Below are positions 30,069 to 40,228 of a DNA stretch of 64,000 nucleotides, one piece after another (positions within the stretch are counted from its first letter, which is position 1; each line of letters starts with the position of its first letter). Both the position numbers and the translations under genes were made by a program. A model generated the notes under the pieces. The model worked only from the letters and a program-made list of their open reading frames with translations, was not told the DNA's origin and did not search any database. Source of the DNA: an uncultured cyanobacterium (GTDB lineage: Bacteria > Cyanobacteriota > Cyanobacteriia > Phormidesmidales > Phormidesmidaceae); the NCBI GenBank assembly GCA_963793265.1, contig CAWBZI010000007.1, positions 352,001 to 416,000 of the forward strand. Direction: 5' to 3'.

Positions 30069-33000
30069 ATGAGTAAGATTTCAATTGAAGGATTGCCTGC
30101 CGCAGGATTCAGTGGTTCTCAAGCAGTTCCAGGATTTCCCGTAACCCCAAGTGGGCATCTATATTTAGTATATGAAGATGCTGCTGGCAACGAGTTTGTT
30201 ATTCGAGGTGGCCCGAGAAACGGAGAGGAAGACGACGGAGCCGGTCCTATACTGGTTGAGGTGGGCAAGCCGATCGAAAGATCATTAGATAAGAGAGAAG
30301 ATGCGTACGGAAGACCCGTCACACCAGAGGCTCGCGGAAGCAGAGTCCTAGATCTAGGAGGACGCAACCCAGAAAATGTTTGGAACGTTCTTCTCCAGTA
30401 CGCTCAAGGTATACAAAACAAGCAAATTCCTTATCATGCTCTCGGTGACAACAGTAATTCTGCAATCGGTAATCTTCTTCGACTTATAGGTATAGAACTA
30501 CCGACAATTTTTCCAGATCCGTATGGCATTTTCCGATTAGCAGGTATAGAGCTGCCGACAATTTTCCCAGATCCGTATGGCACAACTATTTTTCCTTTCT
30601 TAGGATGGGAAAGGCAGTTCTCATTTGATTATGAGATTGCAGGAACAGATGGCGACGATATTTTGATAGGTGGGGGAGGTGCACAGAGATTTTATGGAGG
30701 GGATGGCGATGATACGCTAGAGGGTGGCTCTGAAATTGATATCTTGATAGGTGGTTCTGACAAAGATATCTTGAAGGGTGGTTCTGGAGTTGATTTCTTA
30801 GACGGTGGGTCTGGTAATAATGACGAAGCTATCTATTCTGGAAGATACGCTGAATACGATTTCTCATACAACAGAAGAACGGCTGAATATGCAATCGAGC
30901 ATAAAAATGGAGGTGTTGATAGCATTGATTATGTTTCGAGAGTAGAAGTGGCTAGATTTACGGAATCCTCCGCCATGCTATTTGACGGACAGGTTATCAG
31001 ACTAGGAGGTCAGGTTCTATCCGCAAAAAACGGAGAAGATCCGATTCACCTATCAATAGAAGCTCCTGCACACATGATTGACGGAGATATCGAATATAAA
31101 CTTACTCTTTCGTCTAACAATAAGGGTGATGACAAGGATGGTTCAGAAGCAGCGAACGGCTTTTACAACTTTGCTTACATCATCGACAAGTCAGGTAGCA
31201 TGGGCGGCGGTCAGCTCGCGCAGGCAAAAGCAGCCTATATTCAGCTAACAAATGCGCTAGCAAGCTACGGTATCACAGAAGAAAATAGCACCTTCGCAGT
31301 CATTCCCTTCAACGATAGCGCCCAGCTACTATCAGGCCCATACACACCGGACAATGCAAAATCTCAGCTTTCATCCTTAAACTCAGGGGGCGGCACAGCG
31401 TTTGGCCCCGCACTAGACAAAGCAAAAGCTTTCTTCACCTCTAAAAATGCTACACCGAACGCAATAAACATAGCTTACTTCTTATCTGATGGATCGGGCA
31501 GCGGAGCCGACACGTCTCTCCAACAATACGCAGACGTACGAGCATATGGCATCGGCGGTGGAGCCAACCTTACTGCCCTAGACATCATCGATTCCAACGA
31601 CGCAGTTGTTCTAAGCGACGCTTCAGAACTAGCTGAGGCTTTTCTAAATGGCGATGCAGGTGGAGATGATAGCGACGCTGCCGAAGAAGTCTCAAAAGTC
31701 ATTCTCCTCCTCAACGGAGAAGCCGTTCGCACTATCTTGCCAGACGAATTCACTCAAGATCCACTCGGGCTAGAAGGACTACAGTTCGAAGGCACACTCG
31801 ACGGATTAGATACATCGCTAGACGCAGAAAACATACTCACCGCTCAAGTCATCTTCAAAGACGGCAGTCCTTCCAAATCTGTTGAGATCACAGTCAGAAG
31901 TGGTGCTGTTAGCTATGGCGCACCACCTATCAACGCCGACGGACAGCTCAACCCAGTCGTAACAGATTACGCAGCCCAAGAAAACGACGATAAAGTCATT
32001 GGCAACAGCCAAGACAACATCATCAAAGGCAGAGACGGAGACAACAAACTCAAAGGATCTTCAGGTAACGATACTTTAATTGCAGGCTCAGGCACCAACG
32101 ACTTAGATGGTGGCACAGGAACCGATATCGCAAGATACAGCAAAACCTCATCTACCATCGGCTCTATCAGCAAAGCCGGTACAACCACAGTCATCGGCAG
32201 CGGTGCTGAAGCAGATACCCTCAAGGGCATCGAATACATCGAACTTAACGATGTATGGGTAACCACAAAAACGCTTGCCCAAACCCCCACTATCGAACTA
32301 GACGGCATTACCGTTGGCACAAGCGGCGACTCTACCATCCAAGGCTCAGACGCCGACGACAACATCAACAGCCGCGACGGCAACGATATCGTCGATGGCG
32401 CAGCCGGTAACGACACCATAGAAGGCGGCAACGGCAACGATAGCCTAAGCGGCAGCGACGGCGACGACACTATCAACGGCGGTGCTGGTAACGATACAAT
32501 ACGCGGCGGCAACGGCCAAGACACCTTGACTGGCGATATCGGTAAAGACCGAATCTACGGCAGCGATGGCAACGACAACATCGATGGCGGCAGCGGCGAC
32601 GATAACCTCTATGGCGAAAACGGCAACGATAGCCTCTACGGCAACACCGGCAACGATAGCCTCGTAGGCGGCAACGGCGAAGACTACCTCAACGGCGACT
32701 CCGGCAACAATCGACTCTTTGGCCAAGGCGGCAACGACACCCTCGTAGGCGGCACCGACAACGACCTCATAAAAGGCGGCGTAGGCAACGACAAACTAAC
32801 CGGAGGACGCGGCGACGACAAACTCTACGGCGGCAGCGGCGACGACTATCTAACCGACTACTCCGGCACCAACCGACTCTACGGGCAAGCCGGTAACGAC
32901 ACGCTCATTGGCGGCACTGGCAACGACTTTCTAGATGGTGGCAGCGGCCACGATTCACTCTTCTCTGGCAACGGCAGAAACATCATCTACGGCAGACAAG

Positions 33001-34643
33001 GAACAGACATCGCCGTCTACAACCAGTACTACGATCAAATAGATGTGCTCAAGAAACTAGACGATGCCGTCAGAGTTGTTGTCAGAGGTCAAAAAACAGA
33101 CACCCTAAGAGGCGTAGAACACCTCGACCTTGTAGATACATGGGTCAGCACACAAACCTTAGAACGCTCTGCTACCGTAGAAATCAACGGCACCACCTAC
33201 GGCCTCAGACTCAAAGACACACTGATCGGCACCAACGAAGCAGACCGCATAGACGCTCGTGCAGGCAACGACGAACTATACGGGAAAGACGGCAATGATA
33301 CCCTCTTGGGTGGCGATGGCAACGACCGCATCGAAGGCGGACGCGGCAACGACACCATCTACGGCGGCGCAGGCGACGACGAAATAGAAGGGTCGGGCGA
33401 AGCAGGCGAAGGCAGCGACGTAATCTATGGCGGCGACGGTAACGACACCATAGAAGATAACCACGGCGATAGCAGAATGTATGGAGAAGCCGGGGATGAC
33501 AGCTTAGAAGGCGGTGACGGTGCTGATATTCTAGACGGTGGTGACGGCAACGACTACATCAGAGGCTTCAAACATGACGACATCATCTACGGCGGCGATG
33601 GCGATGACGAAATCGAAGGCTCAGGCGAGGCAGGCTACGGCAACGACACTATCTACGGCGGCAACGGCAATGACATAATAGAAGATAACTATGGCAACAA
33701 TCGCATCTACGGTGGCAACGGTAACGACACCATCGAAGCAGGAGGATACAACGACTATATCGAAGGCGGGGCAGGCAACGACTACATCAGAGCAGGCAGT
33801 GGCAGCGATGTGATTGAAGGCTCAGGCTCCGCTGGTGCAGGTGCTGACATTATCTATGGCGGCGATGGCGACGACATTATTGAAGACAACTTGGGCGATA
33901 ATCGTCTCTTCGGTGGTGACGGTGACGACAACATAGAAGGCGGTAGCGGCCAAGACTACATAGAAGGTGGTAGCGGTGATGACTATATTAGAGCAGGCAA
34001 CGAAGACGATCGAATAGAAGGAACTGGCGAAGCAGGCTTTGGTGACGACATTATTTACGGTGGCGCTGGCAACGATCAGATAGAAGACAATCACGGCAAC
34101 AATCGCATTTACGGAGAACAAGGCAACGACCATATAGAAGGCGGCAATGGTAAAGACTACATCAATGGTGGGGTGGGTGATGACCGCATTCGAGGCGGCA
34201 GCAATCAAGACAGACTTCTAGGCGGTGCTGGCAATGATTGGCTTTCAGGTGACGGCAACAACGACAATCTAAACGGCGGTGCTGGCAATGACGTCCTCTT
34301 AGGTGGTGATGGCGACGACTTCCTAACAGGTGGCGATGGCCGAGACGAACTCATCGGTGGTGGTGGCCGAGATACTTATTTAGTTGAAGCATCGGCGAGT
34401 GAAGACTTTATTGTAGGATTTGTTAACGACTACGATACGCTAAAGTTAGTAGAAGGAGTTAGCTACTCATCGTTGAACTTTGCGCAAGTAGGAGACAACG
34501 CTCAGATTAGGCTGGGTAGTTCAACGCTTATGGAGCTTCGTGACTTTAATGCCAGTAGTATAGGAAAGGTCACTTTTGGCATAGCGCCACCACTACCGCC
34601 CACCGTAATCAATCGATTTGTCGTTATAGATAAAACAAATTAG
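30069..34643 (+). CDS. RTX-type Ca-binding repeat protein with vWA domain and uncharacterised N-terminal domain
   Basis: Dozens of GGxGxDxL nonapeptides; vWA MIDAS IIDKSGSM, GGTAF, FLSDG; no signal peptide. Confidence 0.9.
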   Translation: MSKISIEGLPAAGFSGSQAVPGFPVTPSGHLYLVYEDAAGNEFVIRGGPRNGEEDDGAGPILVEVGKPIERSLDKREDAYGRPVTPEARGSRVLDLGGRNPENVWNVLLQYAQGIQNKQIPYHALGDNSNSAIGNLLRLIGIELPTIFPDPYGIFRLAGIELPTIFPDPYGTTIFPFLGWERQFSFDYEIAGTDGDDILIGGGGAQRFYGGDGDDTLEGGSEIDILIGGSDKDILKGGSGVDFLDGGSGNNDEAIYSGRYAEYDFSYNRRTAEYAIEHKNGGVDSIDYVSRVEVARFTESSAMLFDGQVIRLGGQVLSAKNGEDPIHLSIEAPAHMIDGDIEYKLTLSSNNKGDDKDGSEAANGFYNFAYIIDKSGSMGGGQLAQAKAAYIQLTNALASYGITEENSTFAVIPFNDSAQLLSGPYTPDNAKSQLSSLNSGGGTAFGPALDKAKAFFTSKNATPNAINIAYFLSDGSGSGADTSLQQYADVRAYGIGGGANLTALDIIDSNDAVVLSDASELAEAFLNGDAGGDDSDAAEEVSKVILLLNGEAVRTILPDEFTQDPLGLEGLQFEGTLDGLDTSLDAENILTAQVIFKDGSPSKSVEITVRSGAVSYGAPPINADGQLNPVVTDYAAQENDDKVIGNSQDNIIKGRDGDNKLKGSSGNDTLIAGSGTNDLDGGTGTDIARYSKTSSTIGSISKAGTTTVIGSGAEADTLKGIEYIELNDVWVTTKTLAQTPTIELDGITVGTSGDSTIQGSDADDNINSRDGNDIVDGAAGNDTIEGGNGNDSLSGSDGDDTINGGAGNDTIRGGNGQDTLTGDIGKDRIYGSDGNDNIDGGSGDDNLYGENGNDSLYGNTGNDSLVGGNGEDYLNGDSGNNRLFGQGGNDTLVGGTDNDLIKGGVGNDKLTGGRGDDKLYGGSGDDYLTDYSGTNRLYGQAGNDTLIGGTGNDFLDGGSGHDSLFSGNGRNIIYGRQGTDIAVYNQYYDQIDVLKKLDDAVRVVVRGQKTDTLRGVEHLDLVDTWVSTQTLERSATVEINGTTYGLRLKDTLIGTNEADRIDARAGNDELYGKDGNDTLLGGDGNDRIEGGRGNDTIYGGAGDDEIEGSGEAGEGSDVIYGGDGNDTIEDNHGDSRMYGEAGDDSLEGGDGADILDGGDGNDYIRGFKHDDIIYGGDGDDEIEGSGEAGYGNDTIYGGNGNDIIEDNYGNNRIYGGNGNDTIEAGGYNDYIEGGAGNDYIRAGSGSDVIEGSGSAGAGADIIYGGDGDDIIEDNLGDNRLFGGDGDDNIEGGSGQDYIEGGSGDDYIRAGNEDDRIEGTGEAGFGDDIIYGGAGNDQIEDNHGNNRIYGEQGNDHIEGGNGKDYINGGVGDDRIRGGSNQDRLLGGAGNDWLSGDGNNDNLNGGAGNDVLLGGDGDDFLTGGDGRDELIGGGGRDTYLVEASASEDFIVGFVNDYDTLKLVEGVSYSSLNFAQVGDNAQIRLGSSTLMELRDFNASSIGKVTFGIAPPLPPTVINRFVVIDKTN
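30489..30582 (+). repeat. In-frame 54-bp tandem duplication (GIELPTIFPDPYG twice)
   Basis: Copies start at 30489 and 30543 and differ at synonymous positions. Confidence 0.85.
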
Positions 34644-34675
34644 AGATAAGCGAAAATTTCTGAAGGTATGTTCGT

Positions 34676-34715
34676 AAAGTAGGCGATGGATAAAGATGTA
34701 TCTGTCGCCTACTTT
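34676..34715 (+). terminator. Hairpin terminator after the RTX gene
   Basis: AAAGTAGGCGATGGATA-aagatg-TATCTGTCGCCTACTTT. Confidence 0.7.
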
Positions 34716-35123
34716 CATAGGGAAATGCGATCGCTACCCATAAGCAAAAATTGCAACGTGACTAATGCTACAGGCCGCTAGCAGATAATGACAGTCGCGC
34801 GGTATGCTTGAGGCTTGAGCAAAAAAGTTGTGCCGAGCACGTCAATAGCTATCTGCTTCGAGACGGCTTGCTTCAAATTGTGAATCTTTAATATCTGTCC
34901 TTATATCGCCTTGTATCCACTCGCTATTCAACTGCCTTTCATCTTTGGTCTTACGCTGCTACTCCCCTGCATTCTCTACCCGTAGACCTTATTCGCACAT
35001 CACCGCTCCTTCTAGTCTCTTTGTAACTTAGTTCCTCCATTTGCTTGCCGGAATGTAGCTTTGGCCTGTAGTTTTGGCCCGCCGCTATACTCCGCCGCCA
35101 TTGCCCCTCCAGGTACCTCTCAC

Positions 35124-36884
35124 ATGTCTACGCCCGTCCAATCTTTCCAAGATCTCGCCCTCATCGATCCCGTGCTGCAAGCGCTCAACGATGCTGGCTA
35201 CGAAACCCCCACCCCCATTCAAGCCAAAACCATTCCCCCCCTCATCGAAGGGCGAGACATCATCGGCCAGGCCCAAACCGGCACCGGCAAAACCGCCGCC
35301 TTCGCCCTGCCCATCCTCTCCCACATCGACACCTCCAATAACCGCCCCCAAGCGCTCGTACTCGCCCCCACCCGCGAGCTAGCCCTTCAGGTCGCAGAAG
35401 CCTTTCAGGGCTACGGCAAGCACATCAACGGCTTTCACGTCCTGCCCATCTACGGCGGACAGAGCTACCAAATTCAGCTCAAGCAGCTTAGACGCGCGGC
35501 CCATGTCGTCGTCGGCACACCAGGGCGAGTCATCGACCACATCAAGCGTGGCACCCTCGATCTGTCGAACCTAAAGTATCTGGTGCTAGACGAAGCCGAC
35601 GAAATGCTGCGGATGGGCTTTATTGACGATGTGGAATGGGTGCTAGGCCAAACCCCACCGACTCGGCAAATCGCGCTGTTTTCAGCGACCATGCCGCAGG
35701 TAATTCGCAAAATCGCCCAAAAGCACCTCGATAATCCCATCGAGATTTCCATTCAAAACAAATCCAAAACAGCAGACACCATTCGTCAGCGCTTTTGGTC
35801 AGTCAGCGGCTACCACAAGCTCGATGCGCTCACCCGCATTTTAGAAGTCGAAGCCTTCGACGGCATGATCGTGTTCGTGCGGACTAAAGTCGCCACCGTA
35901 GAGCTATCTGAGAAGCTAGAGGCCAGAGGCTACAACACCGCGCCGCTGAGCGGAGACGTGCCGCAAAACCAGCGTGAGCGGACGGTGGACAGGCTGAAAA
36001 AAGGCAAGCTCGATATTTTAGTCGCTACCGATGTTGCCGCCCGTGGCCTCGACGTAGAGCGCATTAGCCACGTGATTAATTACGATATGCCCTACGACCC
36101 GGAGGCTTACGTGCACCGGATTGGGCGAACTGGGCGAGCTGGGCGTAAGGGTGAGGCCATTTTGTTTGTTACCCCTCGTGAAAAGCGCCTGCTCAATTCG
36201 TTAGAGCGCTCTACTAAGCAAAGGATTGAGCGGATGGAAATGCCGTCTACGGAGACAGTGAATAACCAGCGGATTGCCCGGTTTAAGCAGCGGATTACAG
36301 ATACGCTGGCTGAAGAAGATTCTGATTTCTTCAAGCGGATTGTGGAGCAATATGAGCAGGAGCACGATATCCCCGCTCTAGAGGTTGCCGCTGCGCTGGC
36401 GCATTTGCTACAGGGTGACGAGCCGTTGCTATTAGAAGAGCGGGCTACGCCTCAAAGAGGGCGAGATGGTGACTATAGAGATCGTAACGGGCGCGATCGC
36501 GGTGGCCCCGGCATGAACGGTCAAACTAGCGTCGGCATGGAGCGCTTTAGAGTGGAAGTAGGCCGCAGTCATAACGTAAAGCCAGGGCATATTGTGGGCG
36601 CGATCGCCAACGAAACCGGCCTCGCCAACCGCCACATCGGCAAAATCAGCATCGAAGACGACCACAGCACCGTTGATCTGCCAGTGGGCATTCCCAAAGA
36701 AACCTTTGAGCTGCTGCAAAAGGTATCGGTACTAGGCCATCCGATGAATATTTCTAGCCTGGGCGAAACCCGCGACGATGGGAACTGGCGCGAGGGTAGA
36801 CCCGCTAAGCGTAGGCGGAGAAGTGGGCCGACGAGTCCACCGAGAAAGAAGCATCGGCCTAGTAAAGAGAAACCTCAGACGTAA
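35124..36884 (+). CDS. deaD: DEAD-box RNA helicase DeaD/CsdA
   Basis: Q motif, AQTGTGKT, PTRELA, DEAD, SAT, HRIGRTGR, DbpA-type C-terminal RNA-binding domain; ATG 35124. Confidence 0.92.
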   Translation: MSTPVQSFQDLALIDPVLQALNDAGYETPTPIQAKTIPPLIEGRDIIGQAQTGTGKTAAFALPILSHIDTSNNRPQALVLAPTRELALQVAEAFQGYGKHINGFHVLPIYGGQSYQIQLKQLRRAAHVVVGTPGRVIDHIKRGTLDLSNLKYLVLDEADEMLRMGFIDDVEWVLGQTPPTRQIALFSATMPQVIRKIAQKHLDNPIEISIQNKSKTADTIRQRFWSVSGYHKLDALTRILEVEAFDGMIVFVRTKVATVELSEKLEARGYNTAPLSGDVPQNQRERTVDRLKKGKLDILVATDVAARGLDVERISHVINYDMPYDPEAYVHRIGRTGRAGRKGEAILFVTPREKRLLNSLERSTKQRIERMEMPSTETVNNQRIARFKQRITDTLAEEDSDFFKRIVEQYEQEHDIPALEVAAALAHLLQGDEPLLLEERATPQRGRDGDYRDRNGRDRGGPGMNGQTSVGMERFRVEVGRSHNVKPGHIVGAIANETGLANRHIGKISIEDDHSTVDLPVGIPKETFELLQKVSVLGHPMNISSLGETRDDGNWREGRPAKRRRRSGPTSPPRKKHRPSKEKPQT

Positions 36885-36904
36885 GCGATTTAAGGGCGGA
36901 TTTT

Positions 36905-38107
36905 CTATTCGTGAATCCGCCCGTTCGGCATAATCGTCCCGGTTAGTCTCGCTCCCAGCAGCTTCACCATAATCTTGTCGCCATACCCAACTTTGGCTCC
37001 GCTCAAGTCCGCTCCGCTTAAGTCTGCGCCACTCAAATCCGCGCCAATCAAGTCCGCCCCACTCAAGTCCGCGTGGCTCAAATCGGCCTGAAGCAGATTA
37101 GCTCGAAACAGCCGCGCCTTCCGCAAATTAGCCCGATTTAAATTCACCTTATGCATAAAGGTGTCGCTCAGATCTGCGCCCGCTAAATTAGCATTGCTCA
37201 AATTACGCCCTGAAAAGTCTTTTTCCTTTAGGTTCGCCCCCCGCATATCTACCCCACTCAGATCAGGGTCGCGTTTAGCCCTGGCCGACTGACTCTCAGA
37301 CGTTCTAGAAGGGTAGCCGCTTGCTTGGTAAGGATAAGGGCTCGACGGATAGCCTGACGACTGCGAAGCAGCCTGTGACGCAGGCGGAGCCGAAGCCTTA
37401 CGAATGCGATCTTGCGCCCGACTTACCGTGCGCTCTGAAGCCTTACGCTGAGCGTCGGCTGTCTTTTGTTCAGCGCTTTTTGAAGCGCTAGATGGGCTAG
37501 CGGCTTTAGCACTCGCGCTTGTAGTCCCATTCTGAGACTTGCTGTCGGTGGTGCTAGTGCGATCGCCTCCACTTGCCTTTTGATCCCGACGTGGCCACTG
37601 ACTGCTCGGATAGCTCCCTGCACCGTTCGTAGCAGAGTTTGACCCGTAAGTACTGGCATAGCTACTAGCCGCACGACGATAGGCTTCATAGGGCGGACGA
37701 TAGCTCCCAGCCCGAGTGCTACTGCCGTTGGTACTGCTGCTGCTAGCACTAGCCGACCGGCTACCCGTACGACTGTAAGGGCGATAGGTAGAGTCGTCGC
37801 CGGGGCGGTAGTAGGTAGAAGACCGTGCGTTGCGAGCATAGGCAGAAGCCGTTTTCGTCCTAGAAGCGCTAGTAGATGTGCTAGCTGATGAGCCCTTGCC
37901 GTTTTTAGCCTGTGATCGCAAAAAGCTACGCGCCTCATTCAGCGCCTTGAGCTTAGCTTCAGCTTTTTCCTTCAGGCGATGGCGATCGCTCGGAATCCGA
38001 TCGGGATGCCAAATAAACACCAGATCCTTATAGGACTGGTTTACCTGGAACATAGAAGCACCCGGCTCCAGCTCTAGAACTTGATAAGCTTGCTCAGTTT
38101 GATCCAT
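36905..38107 (-). CDS. J-domain protein with Ser-rich linker and pentapeptide repeats
   Basis: WHPDR J-domain; ADLSG repeats at the C-terminus. Confidence 0.9.
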   Translation of the reverse strand: MDQTEQAYQVLELEPGASMFQVNQSYKDLVFIWHPDRIPSDRHRLKEKAEAKLKALNEARSFLRSQAKNGKGSSASTSTSASRTKTASAYARNARSSTYYRPGDDSTYRPYSRTGSRSASASSSSTNGSSTRAGSYRPPYEAYRRAASSYASTYGSNSATNGAGSYPSSQWPRRDQKASGGDRTSTTDSKSQNGTTSASAKAASPSSASKSAEQKTADAQRKASERTVSRAQDRIRKASAPPASQAASQSSGYPSSPYPYQASGYPSRTSESQSARAKRDPDLSGVDMRGANLKEKDFSGRNLSNANLAGADLSDTFMHKVNLNRANLRKARLFRANLLQADLSHADLSGADLIGADLSGADLSGADLSGAKVGYGDKIMVKLLGARLTGTIMPNGRIHE

Positions 38108-38306
38108 ACGCGCTGTGTCAGCGGGGTTTTACAAATATCGTCGAAGTTTTTAGGCGGATATCTTTGGTATGACTGGGCTATGGCCAGCGATAGGGTGCTG
38201 TTATGAAAGTAATTAGATTAGATTATGACCCATCGACCTCACAACCTGCCGCAATCACAGCAAACCTTAAGAACCTGGCTCAACCTTCTGCAAGGGTCAC
38301 CTACGC

Positions 38307-40127
38307 CTAATACTCCTCAATACCAAGCTCATAGATGTTCCACAGCAGCCCACCGAGCGCTGTGTACTGTACATTTGTGATTTTATTACGCGCCGCACTC
38401 ATAGAGTACTGACCAACCAAATGAATGAAAGGCAGATTCTCCTGAACAAGCTTTTGCGTTTCCACGTAAAGCGCTTTACGTTTCGTTTCATCTAGCTCCT
38501 GAGCGGCTTTCACATACAGATCACCGATTCTTTGCTCCCAGTCGGCCACCTTACGGCCAGGCAAAGGCGGTTGCCCTTGAGGCTGCTGATTAAAGATATG
38601 TAGATTGCCATTAGGAAACCACAGGCTAGCGCTACCGTTGGGCTCTACACCAGCGCCAAAGCCCATAATCATGGCATCCCAAGCCAGCGTACTATCCATA
38701 TTTTCGATTAGCTTATTAAAGTCAATCGGCTGAAAATCTACCGTAATGCCAAGTTTGGCTAGGTTTTGTTTGATCTGTGCGCCCGCAGATTCTCGTATTT
38801 TGTTGCCAACGTTGGTTTGAAGCGTAAAGCGCACCCGGTTGCCGTCAGCGTCGACAAGCTGAGAGCCTTCGTACTTGAAGCCCGCAGACGTTAATAAAGC
38901 CTTTGCTTTCTCAATGTCGTAGTCGTAAATCGGGATGCCAGTCTCAGCAAAATATGGGCTTTGCGGCGCAATTTGTGAATTTTGCAGCTCGCCCAAACCC
39001 TTAAATATGTTGTTGAGCATGGTGTCACGATCGATGGCATAGGCGATCGCCTGCCTAAACTCTACCGTGTTAAACCAGGCTGATTTGACCGGATCAACCA
39101 CGGGCTTACCGTTGAGTGAGCCCGTGTTGAGGTTAAACATTAAAAACAGGCGTGTCGTCGTCGGCCCGCCGTTGTATACGGTGTAGTTGCCCTGTTCTTC
39201 GTCCTGCTTCATCAGGCTAAAGTTATCAGGCGTAACGGCCATCAAGTCAGAGTCACCTGAGCGAAAGCGGACGAATTCTGCATCTTGAGAACTAACCACT
39301 GGCCATACAATTTCCTCAATATATGGCTGAGGCTCGCCGTTAGGCCCTTCTCGCCAGTAGTAAGGGTTGCGTTCAAAAGCAATCCGCTCGCCGGGAAGGA
39401 AACTCTTAATCACATATGGGCCGTTGCCGACAATCTCAGTGGGGTTTGTGTCAGTGCCCCAGGTAGAGAGAAATACAGGCAGGCCGTTTTCATCCTCAGT
39501 TGTGGCGGCTTCTTCGAGAATATGCTTAGGCAAAATTCCCAGCCCCGTATTGCGCAAAAAGGGTGCAAACGTTTCTTCAATTTTGAACTGCACGCGACGG
39601 GAGTCTAGCTTGCTGACCTGCGGCAGCGTTCCGGCCTCGCCTACTCTCAGGAAATCGCGCTTGTTCGTCGTAATTTTCTCATTAAAAATCAGCGTGTTAT
39701 AGGTGAACACAACGTCATCTACCGTCAGCGGCTCACCGTCAGACCACTTCAGATCTTCTCTAAGCGTAAAGACAATGGTTTTCCCCTCATCGGCAACCGT
39801 CCAAGACTCTGCGATCGCCGGTACAATCTCATTGGTATTCGCATCAATAGTCGTCAGTCCTTCGTACAGCAGCGCCAGCACATCGCTACTAGCGCTCTCA
39901 TCCACCAGAATGTAGTTAAACGTCTTGGGTTCACCAATGACGGTGCTAATCAGCGTCGGTACGTCGCTATCATTAGTTCTGAAGTTTTCTAACCTCAGCT
40001 CGCTCAAGGGGCCGCGTTCAACGGTTTGACAGCTCGGCAGCGCGATCGCTACCGAGCACATCAACAGCCCCAACAGCACCAGCCGCCACAGACGATTGAT
40101 TCGATACCCCAATACTTGCCGACCCAT
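38307..40127 (-). CDS. ABC transporter substrate-binding lipoprotein, family 5 (peptide/nickel)
   Basis: LPSC lipobox, EPKTFN, LKWSDGEPLTVDDVVFT, FRQAIAYAIDR. Confidence 0.92.
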   Translation of the reverse strand: MGRQVLGYRINRLWRLVLLGLLMCSVAIALPSCQTVERGPLSELRLENFRTNDSDVPTLISTVIGEPKTFNYILVDESASSDVLALLYEGLTTIDANTNEIVPAIAESWTVADEGKTIVFTLREDLKWSDGEPLTVDDVVFTYNTLIFNEKITTNKRDFLRVGEAGTLPQVSKLDSRRVQFKIEETFAPFLRNTGLGILPKHILEEAATTEDENGLPVFLSTWGTDTNPTEIVGNGPYVIKSFLPGERIAFERNPYYWREGPNGEPQPYIEEIVWPVVSSQDAEFVRFRSGDSDLMAVTPDNFSLMKQDEEQGNYTVYNGGPTTTRLFLMFNLNTGSLNGKPVVDPVKSAWFNTVEFRQAIAYAIDRDTMLNNIFKGLGELQNSQIAPQSPYFAETGIPIYDYDIEKAKALLTSAGFKYEGSQLVDADGNRVRFTLQTNVGNKIRESAGAQIKQNLAKLGITVDFQPIDFNKLIENMDSTLAWDAMIMGFGAGVEPNGSASLWFPNGNLHIFNQQPQGQPPLPGRKVADWEQRIGDLYVKAAQELDETKRKALYVETQKLVQENLPFIHLVGQYSMSAARNKITNVQYTALGGLLWNIYELGIEEY

Positions 40128-40228
40128 AAGCTTAAGAAACTAGCGAACGTTTAGATCAATATAGATAAAAACACGTCGCTTGCGTAACAGCCTCCCAGTA
40201 ATTGAGCAGCAATTGATCAATAAACCCC

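Noticed and set aside
31960..34380. Highly repetitive GGCAACGAC-type DNA as a CRISPR or non-coding repeat array
   Set aside because: The repeats are in-frame codons for RTX nonapeptides with no repeat-spacer structure
36980..37260. 15-bp periodic repeats
   Set aside because: Explained by pentapeptide (ADLSG) repeats in the J-domain protein
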